From positions 60,140,001 through 60,204,000 of the forward strand of contig NC_135893.1 of NCBI RefSeq assembly GCF_964194155.1: a stretch of 64,000 nt of DNA, given 5' to 3'. The notes under the pieces are model-generated. The model searched no databases, was not told where the DNA came from, and saw only the letters and a program-made list of their open reading frames with translations. How positions within the stretch are numbered: the first letter of the stretch is position 1; each line of letters begins with the position of its first letter. Source of the DNA: Cetorhinus maximus (lineage: Eukaryota). Positions 49,001 to 59,297 of the stretch are shown here, piece after piece. The position numbers and the translations under genes were made by a program.

Positions 49001-51829
49001 ATGGCTGCTGGTTGTGTTCAGTTGTCTCGGCCTCTTTGCTCACAGATTCTAGCATCGGTCGATACGCTGCTGTTTGACTGCGATGGGGTGTTGTGGAGAG
49101 GGGAAAGCCCGATCCCCGGGGCGGTACAGCTGATTAACCGTCTGCAGGAGCAGGGGAAGCGGGTTTTCTTCCTGACCAACAACAGCACCAAGAGCCGGCA
49201 GATGTACGGGGAGAAGCTGCGGGCTCTGGGCTTTCAGGCTCGGCCTGAGCAGGTCTTTGGCACCGCACCCTGCAGCGCGCTCTACCTGCGGCAAGAGGCC
49301 AGGCTCCAAGCATCCGTCTACCTGATCGGCGGCGCGACCCTCCGCGGGGAACTGCAGACCCAGGGCATCGCCTGCTCCGGCTCCGGCCCGGGACCTGAGC
49401 TCACTCCCGGGCCTGGACCCATGCAGGTTTGGGCGGCCGAGCCCCTCGACCCCGCTGTGGGCGCCGTGCTGGTCGGCTTCGACGAGCATTTCACTTACAT
49501 GAAGTTGTGCCGGGCCACCCGCTACCTGCAGAATCCCGCCTGCATCTTCCTGGCCACAAATACCGACACCTTGCTCCCACTGGAGGGAGGCGGGGTCCCG
49601 GGTAAGAACTGGTAGAAAGAGGGAGAGGAGCATTGACAGAGAGTGGAGAGGATGCTTCGAGTCATGTTTGGTGAAGTATTGCACAAGGGTACTAGTTTCC
49701 AGGAAATAAGTCAGATTCTGTTGTTGCACACAGTTATTTCGTGGTAGTTTGGAGATTGGATTGTATAATTCGGATTTAATCCTGAATCAAAAACAGTGGC
49801 ATAGAATGAACAGAAAAATTGGTGTATGCTGCAGTCAGTCAGCCGGATTATTTAATCCTTTGGTTTGCCTAAATAAGAGAAAGTACACCAGTATTAGGAG
49901 CATCTATGTGTTTTATACTGGGAAATTAAAATGTGATAAGTGCATTATTATGCTCCATTCTTCCAACAGGAAGTTGGAACCAACAGCTGATGTTTGTCCG
50001 ACTCGGGGTTCATTTGTGCCCAGTTACAATGGCCTTGTCAGTCACTGCTTGCTCGGTTATCATGTACCATTGTATTGAAGTTCATAAATCAGTAGAGTTT
50101 GGGACTATAGATGGATATACTGTGAAATTGACAGCAGGAAAAGACCAGCTGATCCTTCAAGTCTGCCCCACACTCACGATGGTTGGAACATGGTTGATTA
50201 GACACTTCCTGCCCTCACCCTGCAACCATGTCTCCTGGGAGAGGCAAAAACAAAAAATCTCAATAAGGGAGAAAAATTAATCTGGGAAATTTCGCTCTGA
50301 CCCCCTTGCATCAACAACCAGTTCAGGGCCCTGGATCAAGTGTTAGTTATATAGCCACTCACCTTCTAAATGATGAATTAATTCTGACACATGAGAGGAG
50401 AAGTTGAAGCAGTGTGCATATTTCTTATATGATGCTTTTAAACCACGATGTTTGAGTCAGAAAATAGCCATGGAAGAGTAAGCAAAATGAGCAGAGCTGG
50501 ACCCCATTACTAAGCCTCCTCCAGTGTAAGTCATTCATTTACAGCCTCAACAATAAAACAGTTATGTTGGGAATGTCCGGTCTGTCCGCAAGCATGATCC
50601 AGACCTCCCTGTCGCTTGCCATTTCAACACTCCACCCTGCTGTCATACCCACATGTCCGTCCTTGGCCTGCTGCATTGTTCCAGTGAAGCTCAACGCAAA
50701 CTGAAGGAACAGCACCTCATCTTCTGACTAGGCACTTTACAGCCTTCCGGACTGAATATTGAGTTCAACAATTTTAGGTCATGAACTCTCTCCTCCATCC
50801 CACCCCATTTCCGATCCCCCCCTTTTTTTTCCAATAATTTATACAGATTTTTCTTTCCCCACCTATTTCCATTATTTTTAAATGTATTTCCATCCATTGT
50901 TTCACCTCTACCTTTTAGCCTATTTCGATCCCTTCCCTTCACCCCACCCCCACCAGGGCTATCTGTACCTTGCTTGTCCTGCTTTCTACCCTTAATTAGC
51001 ACATTCCTTAGATAATAACACCACCTTCAACACCTCTTTGTTCTTTTGTCTATGACATCTTTTGGCTATCTCCACCTATCACTGGCCCTCTATCCAGCGC
51101 TACCCGTCCCACCACGCCTCCCAACCCCCTCCCTTAAACCAGCTTATATTTCACCTCTTTTCTAATTTTACTTAGTTCTGTTGAAGAGTCATACGGACTC
51201 GAAACATTAACTGTGTTTCTCTCCGCAGATGCCACCAGAACTGCTGAGTTTTTCCAGGTATTTTTATTTATATTGGGAATGTGATGAGCATTTGCCAGGT
51301 GTGACAGTCTTATTCAAGCCAATTCTTAGGGTGGGGTGAAGATTTTTTCCATGGTAATTTTAACCCCTCTTTTCACTGACCACCTAATTGTGTCCCCCAC
51401 AATTTGTACTAAAGCTGCAGCCCTTCCAAAATTATCCTTTTAACTAGCGTAATACATGATTACAATACCTTGACACTAACTCTTTTCTTTCCTTCTCTCT
51501 TCACAGGCACAGGCTGCTTGGTGAAGGCCATCGAAGCAGCATCGAATCGCACCGCTCATGTCATCGGCAAGCCCAGCAGCTTTATGTTCGAGTGTATGGT
51601 GAAAGAGCATGGCATCAATCCAAGCAGGACGGTTATGGTGGGAGATCGGCTGGACACTGACATCCTCATGGGGTCTAACTGTGGACTCCGCACCATCCTG
51701 ACCCTGACTGGTGTTTCCACCCTGGAAGAGGCGAGGGCCCATCAGGAAAGTAACTCCCCTGACCGCCACAAGCTGGTTCCCAGCTTTTATGTGGAAAGTA
51801 TAGCTGACTTGCTTCCAGCACTTGATTGA
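49001..51829 (+). CDS. PGP: Phosphoglycolate / glycerol-3-phosphate phosphatase (HAD IIA), join(49001-49601,51507-51829), 307 aa
   Basis: Kozak GCCATGG; HAD motifs I (FDCDGV), II (TNN), III (GKP), IV (GDRLDTD); one phase-1 intron (GTAAG…ACAG). Lies between E4F1 and BRICD5 as mammalian PGP does. Confidence 0.95.
50577..51267 (+). mobile_element. Penelope-like element (family A), 5'-truncated, in the PGP intron
   Basis: GIY-YIG-domain C-terminus [14 protein letters not shown]…[19 protein letters not shown]; hammerhead-like motif at 51174-51212; 15-bp TSD TTAT(G/A)TTGGGAATGT at 50562-50576 and 51268-51282. Confidence 0.85.
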
Positions 51830-51927
51830 CAAAAGCAGAGCATCCTGTTGCTTTTATGAATGGATTTTAATTTATCCTGAGTTATTGTGTGTACTGTACG
51901 ATCACTGTAAGATTCTGAATACCTCTG

Positions 51928-52125
51928 CAAAAACAAAAATAAAAATACCTGGAAAAACTCAGCAGGTCTGACAGCATCTGCGGAGAGGAACACAGTCACC
52001 GTTTCGAGTCCGTATGACTCAGCAGGTCAACGTTCCTCTCCGCAGATGCTGTTAGACCTGCTGAGTTTTTCCAGGTATTTTTATTTTTGTTTTGGATTTC
52101 CAGCATCCGCAGTTTTTAGCTTTTA
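51928..52125. mobile_element. Fold-back PLE (family A) mini-insertion in the PGP 3'UTR
   Basis: Perfect 14-bp TSD TCTGAATACCTCTG at 51914-51927 and 52126-52139; 62-bp inverted arms. Confidence 0.88.
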
Positions 52126-52398
52126 TCTGAATACCTCTGTATTGACAAGTGTTAAATGTTCTTGTGTAAAGTTTTTTTAATAACTGCCTGTAACAATGCC
52201 GATGCTTGTTCTGAATGAAGCTGAAACAAAGTTGTGTTTCAGTGACAGATCAGGTGCACTTCACTGTGATATGGCAGCATAGTGCCCACATGAAGGGGAG
52301 GTGGTTGACACCATATCTGTTAATGACACTGTCTGCTAGGGTACGGTAATGCTGGTCTTTCTGTATCCTACGAGATGCATTTTGACACAATGAATCAA

Positions 52399-52404
52399 AA
52401 TAAA
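52399..52404 (+). terminator. Candidate PGP polyadenylation signal AATAAA
   Basis: AATAAA about 570 nt after the stop, followed by T/GT-rich sequence. Confidence 0.55.
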
Positions 52405-53067
52405 ATGTTATTGTTCTTTAGTTGTAGTGTTTGATTACTTCCAAGGGTGGATTGTGCTTTACTGTTGAAATTTATTGGATCATAGCTTTGGTCAATTTTG
52501 TCATTTCTGTCTATCAAAATGTGCCAGTGCTACATCATCAATGGCACGTCAATACTGTAGGCCTAGTTCAGTAACTGACCTTCACCAGTACTAAATACTG
52601 TCAATCCTGGAATAGTAACAGGAGCTTTAGCTCTGCTTCAAATCTGCACCTGGTGACCTTAGCAGGGATGATAAGAAATGGGCCTTGTTCCAAGGCTGGA
52701 TGTTAATTCCTCATCTTGGCTGCATTGCTAAGGTTGTTCCTCACTTTACATAGCTCCTAATCATACACCATGTGGTTAATTGCACTAGGAAAGATGAACC
52801 ATAAGTGAAAGCAGTTTCTGCACACCCCTGCATCAAAACACTGAATGGACCCAGCTCTCTGTTTATTTCTCAGTTTCTATTTTATCAAGATCCTAAATGG
52901 GGTTTGGGCACTCCCCTTTCCACAGTATCCCATTGCAGTCAAACAGTAACACATGGACTGATGCCAGAATCTGTGGGTATCTCTGTTCACAATCAGTTAC
53001 TGTGACATTGACCTGATCTTGTGATTATGGACTGATATTTGATTTGGTCTTTAAAGTCCAGATCTGT

Positions 53068-54977
53068 TGGGTGAAATCTGACTACCCTAGTTTCAAAACG
53101 AACAGCAGGTCTATTTGTGGATCATGAGCACAACCTCCTGAATAGTAGACCTGTCGGTTGCTCTTTCCCAGAGCCAATCAATTAAGAGCCCACCTCTGGG
53201 TTGCTGTCCATTAAGGGGGAGGGGAAGAAATGTCTGAAACATTAATGAAGGATATCTATCTAAAAGGATCACATACTCAGTGCGATTCGCTTACTAAGAG
53301 ACGGGGGAAAATGGATGGAAGGTGTGGGATGGCTGCCACTATTCTCCCCACCCCCCCTCCCCCCCCCCACCCCGAGTTCACGGATATGATCCTAGAGGTA
53401 ATACTGAAAGCAGTCAGGGCACAGAAAGAAGTCCTCTTTCCTGGGGGTGGCAGGAGGAGACCAAACAACCTCATCAAAAAGCTTGACTTGAGGTTGCAAA
53501 GGAAGTGAGCAGCTGGAGTGTAGTGTGTCCTAAATATTTCGGTGAGCTCCTGAGGTCCAGCAAGGTGAATGCCCTGCAACTCTCAGGCGGTAGCTGTAGC
53601 CATCACTCACTTCCTTAGCAATCTTCTGCACAATTATCATCTCAATCACACACTCTGCTGACACAATCATTTCTCGACCTCAACAGTCCCTGGCCTGGAG
53701 CATTGCACTCATCCTATCAAAGACTCCTACGGAAGTTAGCTCTGCGCCCCTCACCCCATGGGAAGAGTCCATTTCTACCATGAGTGCCATGATGTCTCAG
53801 GCATTTGTGCTCATGATCACCCTTCCCTCATTGATAAACAAGGCAACCTCACGGAGAATCATACGTGGCAAGTCACCACAATGAGGACCCATGACAATGA
53901 CCTGCACACTATGGCAGCAACCTTGCAAAGCTTTCAGCCATCATGGCTCTTGTTTAGCAGGGAACTACCGGCGGTGGGCCCTGAGAGGAAAGAGGAAGGC
54001 AGGGATAGTGACAGTGAGGGATGTTCTAAAGATCCCTCCAGATCACGACCCTTCCCCCTCTGACAGTCTGCCCTGCATAGATGCAGATGGTGCAGTGACA
54101 GGCTCCAAAACTCAGAGGATGTTTGCCATGGGCATCTTGTGTCAGAGCAGGGGAATGAGCAGCCTGCCCCCAGGCTTAGTCTGGCTGCATAAATTGTCTC
54201 AGCTGCACAAAGGGAGTCATTTGGGTGCTTATTACACTGTTACTGCCACATGGATTATATGTATTTCAATTAAGGCAATGATAATAAGTGACCTGATAAG
54301 TGTCATGGGATCATTTGTGTTCCACGCCACATTGAGCCTGAGTAGGTACATGATGGTGAATTGGAATGAGGATTGATGTGGATCCAAGGCTTAAATAGAA
54401 CATATTGGGTTGATGCGTGTTTGTACCAAGCAGGTTAGTTACAGGGGGAGCGGGGGGGGGGGGAGGGGGCGGTGGTGCGGGGGGAAGCTAGCTTCCACAG
54501 GAGTCGTGACAGGACAAGTGCAATACCCCAAGCACAGCACTCAGCTGAAGCATGTCTGGATGAGGGCATTGTGAACTTCGTGGGTCTTTAACCACAGGCA
54601 CCAACAGCATTTCAGGCTGTTACTGTGGCTACTCCCTCTCAACCTCCTCCCAAGGACACCGGCATTCTCCAACATCCTCTGGTGTCAGTATCAGTGTTTT
54701 CTGAAGTGCTAAATTATGCAGGGTGCAGCACTACTATCCAGAATACCCTTGCTAGGCCATATTGAATGGTGGCCCCTGATTGGTCAAGGCATTGGAACCC
54801 CATTTTGAGCAAGCCAATGGTTTGCTCTTTTGTGGCCCTGGTAGTAAGATGGCTCTGGTTGTACCTCTGCTGTGCCTCTGTGCTGGGGTTCCTCACTGGG
54901 GCCATCAGCCAGCTCCTGAGCAGGTACCGCTTGTTCCCCAGGAACCATCCACTGAGGCCATTCAGTAGAAAGAAGAC
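53068..54977. mobile_element. Decayed PIF/Harbinger DNA transposon
   Basis: + strand Myb/SANT-like remnant PEFTDMILEVILKAVRAQKEVLFPGGGRRRP; convergent - strand HARBI1-type transposase remnant PVRNPSTEAQQRYNQSHLTTRATKEQTIGLLKMGFQCLD. Truncated by the PLE. Confidence 0.8.
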
Positions 54978-56372
54978 CTAAGTGAATAAAAAATAAAAAT
55001 GAATGTAGAAAAAAGGGATTTAAAAAGGGGTGAGGGAGAGAGTTCATGGTCTGAAGCTGTTGAACTTAAAATGTTAAATCCGGAAGGCTGTAAAGTGCCT
55101 AATCGGAAGATGAGGTGCTGTTCTTCCAGTTTGTGTTGGGCTTCACTGGAATATCGCAGCAGGCCAAGAACGGACATGTGGGCATGAAAGCAGGATGGTG
55201 TGTTGAAATGGCAAGCGACAGGAAGGTCTGGGTCATGCTTGCAGACAGACTGAAGGTGTTCTGCAAAGTGGTCACCCAGTTTGTATTTGGTCTCGCCACT
55301 GTAGAGGAGACCGCATTGGGAGCAGTGAATGTAGTAGACCAAATTGAAGGAGGTGCAAATGAAGCGCTGCTTCACCTGAAAGGAGTGTTTGGGCCCTTGG
55401 ATGGTTAGGAGGGAGGAGGTAAAGGGGCAGGTATTGCACCTTCTGCAATTGCATGGGAAGGTGCTGTGGGAAGGGGATGAGGTGTTGGGGTGATGGAGGA
55501 GTGGACTGGGATGTCCCAGAGGGAATGGTCCCTACGGAACGCGGACAGTTGGTGGGGGGGGGCGCGGCGGGTGGCGGCGGGGGGGTGCAAAGGGAAGATG
55601 TGTTTGGTGGTGGCATCATGCTGGAGTTGGTGGAAATAGCGGAGGATGATGCTTTGAATGCGGAGGTTGGTGGGGTGAAAAGTGAGGACAAGGGGGACCC
55701 GATCAAGATTCTTTGCAGGACACCGCCTTCCTGTCGCTTGCCGTTTCAAAACACCATCCTGCTCTTATGCCCACATGGCCGTCCTTGGCCTGCTGCAATG
55801 TTTCAGTCAAGCCCAACACAAACTGGAGGACAGCACCTCATCTTCCAATTAGGTATTTTACAGCCTTCCAGACTTAACATTGAGTTCAACAACTTCAGAC
55901 CATAAACTCTCTCCTCTAACCTCATCCCTTTATAAATCCTTTTTCTACATTTATTTTTTTTTATCCACTTATTTTTATTTATTTTTATTCATTTATTGTT
56001 TTATCCTCCTTTTTATTCCCCCTTTTATCCCATTTTCCCACCACCTTCCCTCCCCCACCACTTGTTCCGTATTGTTCTTTCACATAGTGCTTTGTTCTGC
56101 TATTATTACATTCTGCTTTCTTACCTTAACGCCACTATGAGCACCTTTTTTTGCCCTTAACACTACCATTAACACTCCCTTTGTCCATGACATCGTTGGC
56201 AATCTCTTCTATCCAGCTTCAGCTCCATCCCCCTTAAACAGTATAAATTTTATCACGTTTCTACTTCTCTTTAGCTCTTAGGTGTCATAAGGACTCGAAA
56301 CGTTAACTCTGTTTCTCTTTCCACAGGTGCTGCTAGAGCTGCTGAGTTTTTCCAGCATTTTCTGTTTTTGTT
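54978..56372. mobile_element. Penelope-like element (family A) with an inverted 5' segment
   Basis: - strand about 54978-55705: RVPLVLTFHP… and GIY-YIG-like NLVYYIHCSQCGLLYSGETK…[16 protein letters not shown]. + strand about 55725-56372 repeats the C-terminus, 3'UTR and a degenerate hammerhead (56273-56308). Confidence 0.85.
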
Positions 56373-57159
56373 GTAGCTGACCTCAGCCAGTTTCACCCTT
56401 TGTAAGGCTGAGATCATGTCAATTTCAGTGACTTTTGGCTGTGCACTCGCCTTCTCCAACCCGACTTGCAGAGACAGCATGTAACCCAGGCCTTCTTAGG
56501 GAAAAACCATTCCATTCCTAAAATAGCTTTAATTGCCTTTTTAAGTGCCTCAATTGGCTTCTCACTGGAGCCATGTGGGTTCTCCGCTGCACTCGCAACC
56601 CACCCATGGGAAAGCAGAAGTGGGATCACGTCAGGATCTCAACCCAACACATTTTGTACAATTTTCCTACCTCGGCTGCTCTCAATCCCACCTCCAACTG
56701 TCTGGAAACGCTCCCCTGATTATGTTCCTCATTTGCTTCCACTTTTTCACTCCCTATGCTTGGTGTTATTCTCTTCTTCATCCTTTGTGAGACCTGTGTT
56801 CTCTTGCTGCCACCACCCCTCATTCTAATTGCTCTGGTGATTGTTAAGTCAATTGTCTTCTTTTTGTTACGTTTATTCAATTTCCGCTCCTCTGTGCTCC
56901 GGCCCACCCCAAAAGGTGCCGACACCATAGTGCAATACAATTCTCCAAGTGCTGGCTGAACACCAGTGCCTATTCTAATATAGGGATCTGTTCAGTGAGC
57001 TTTTGGCAGGCTACTCCATCATAGAGGCATCATAGCCAAGCCAAACATGTCTTCCCCAATGCCTCAAGCACACACTTTACAGCAAGGAGTTGGAACCTGA
57101 ATGACACTGGCCCAACACTTCGAGGTCAATTACAGAGGGCATTTTAATAATATTACATC

Positions 57160-57690
57160 ATCTACAGCAACTTACATTTATACAGTACCTTTATTGGGAA
57201 AAAAATCCCAACGCACCTCAGGGGCATAACAAGACGAAAATGGATGCTGAGACACAGAAGGAGATATTCAGAGTGGTGACCACTGGCTTGGTCACAGTTG
57301 GTTTTAAGGAATGCATTAAAGAAGGAGAAGCGAGTTAATGGAGGGAAGTTCAGAGCAGGGGCATAGATAGCTGAAGACATGACTGTCATGGGTGAATTGG
57401 GGAGTGGGGTGCACAAAAGGCCGGGTCAGGAACACAGAGTTCCAGTGTTGCAGGGATGAGGAAGGGGATTGGGGAGGAGGGAGGGATGGTTGAGTTGTGA
57501 GGTGGGAGGAGGTCACAGAGATAGGGAGGTGCAAGGCCATGAAGACATTTTAATATGAGGATGAAGGAGAGGATACAAGCAACAGAGTTTTCAAAAAGAT
57601 TAAGTTTATGGAAAGCAGAGAATGGGGAGGTTGGATAGGAGAGCATAGGAATAGTTGAGACTGGAAGTAACAAAGGCATGGAGAAAGCCA
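57160..57690 (-). mobile_element. L2-type LINE 3' fragment
   Basis: ILKCLHGLAPPYLCDLL signature and a TATAAATGTAAGTTG tail. Confidence 0.7.
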
Positions 57691-58799
57691 GGGTGCTAAT
57701 TTGATTGGACGGATATGAAGATGTGGGAAGAACTTACATTTGCATACTGTCTTTCACAACTTCAGGACTTGCCAAGGTGCTATTTAGCCAGTGAAGGAAT
57801 AAGTAGTCACTAATGTAGAAATAGCCTGAGTGCAGTTCACATGGGCTGGTTTCTTTATCTCTTTTAGTATCTCAGTCTTTTTTGAAGTGTTTAACATTCT
57901 TATTTCTTCAGCTTTCCCTGGAGATTACACCTGTGTTTTAGAAATTAAGCTCATGATTTCCTGTGAAAATCAATGCAAAGAAGCCACTTAGAAAGGAAAT
58001 GCATATGCACTTGAGAGGGAAAGATTTGTAGGGCTATCAGGAAAAAGCAAGGGAGTGGAACTAATTGGATAGCCCTTTCAAGGAATGAGTACAGGGACAA
58101 TGGGCTGAATGGCTTCCTTCTGTGGGGTATGACTCTAGAATATTGTTGCACAACACCCACCCCATCACTAATATCATGTCTTTAAATATTAATATCACCA
58201 TTTGGATCTCTTAGGGTTCCCAACATTCCCCTGAAAAGAGTAAGTATATAACTCATGAAGATTAAATATCAACGTAAAATATATGTCAATCCTTAAAATG
58301 GATAAATGAGTAACTGAAAGGCAAAAAAAAACCAAACTGCACAAAGCATGTGGTAAGAGGAGAGATTCTCTGGGAGGAGTGTGGAGTTTACTGAAACAGG
58401 TGAAAGAAAATATATTAAAGAAGATATAAAAGAGCCCAAGAGAAGGGTTGAACAACAGATATTAAACACAGTACTAAACAATCTTCCAGTATTACGAGAC
58501 AAACAGAACAATTAGAGAGGAAATGAGAATTCTAAATTATATATGTCATTGAATATGAAGAAACTACTTGTCAGAATTAATGTGGCATTGAGCTGACCTT
58601 TGACACAAACTGTGACTCAGCTCAGAGCTGTTGCGTCCCTCACTTACATCCTCTTTTTCATTTTCTGTTACTTGATATAATTCTCCTCCTCATCTCTTTG
58701 CCGCCTTCTGTCGCTGTCATTTGTCTTATTCCTGCTGCTTTGCAGATTGTTAGTTTTCTCTGTTTTGTTTTTATGTTCCAAAGTTTCATCCCTCTTTTC

Positions 58800-59040
58800 C
58801 CAGCACTCCTCAGATACATTGGAACATACATTAACCAACCTCAGATATATGAAACATATTAAAGCTCCCCTTAGATATACCTGAACATGTTCCAACTCCC
58901 TTCAAATACATCAAAACATTCTCTTACCTTAGATTTTAAGCTCCCTCTAATATACCTGAACATATTCTAATTGCTATCAATGACTGTATATCATTGTGCA
59001 CCCGAATAGACTTTAACTCCCCTCACATTCCTGAACATGC
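58800..59040. repeat. Degenerate tandem repeat (CTCCC(C/T)TAGATATACCTGAACAT-like) upstream of BRICD5
   Basis: About 6 diverged copies. Confidence 0.55.
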
Positions 59041-59297
59041 TCTTGCCGTCTCAGGGACTCTCTGGCACCAGCTTCTCTCTTGCTCCTGCCTTGTAATACT
59101 GGCATTCTTCAGTCCTCTACTTTCTGTTGTTCAATCAGACCTGGCATCAGGTTGCAGCCCTTGGCTCCAACAAGCTGAGGCTCAGGAAAGGGAGTTCATA
59201 CACACAAGTTTCGGCTCCATCAATGAACAGTGTCGATATCCACAGCAGCAGCAGGAGCCAGACAGGAAAGGGGAATTGCAGGCAGCATTCTCAGAGT

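Noticed and set aside
49049-49729. 226-aa ORF antisense to PGP exon 1 (likewise 15968-16411 antisense to E4F1 and 51476-51832 antisense to PGP exon 2)
   Set aside because: Shadow ORFs of real coding exons.
53230-54905. Domesticated HARBI1/NAIF1-like gene pair
   Set aside because: Both ORFs are fragmented by stops and frameshifts and cut by a PLE insertion.
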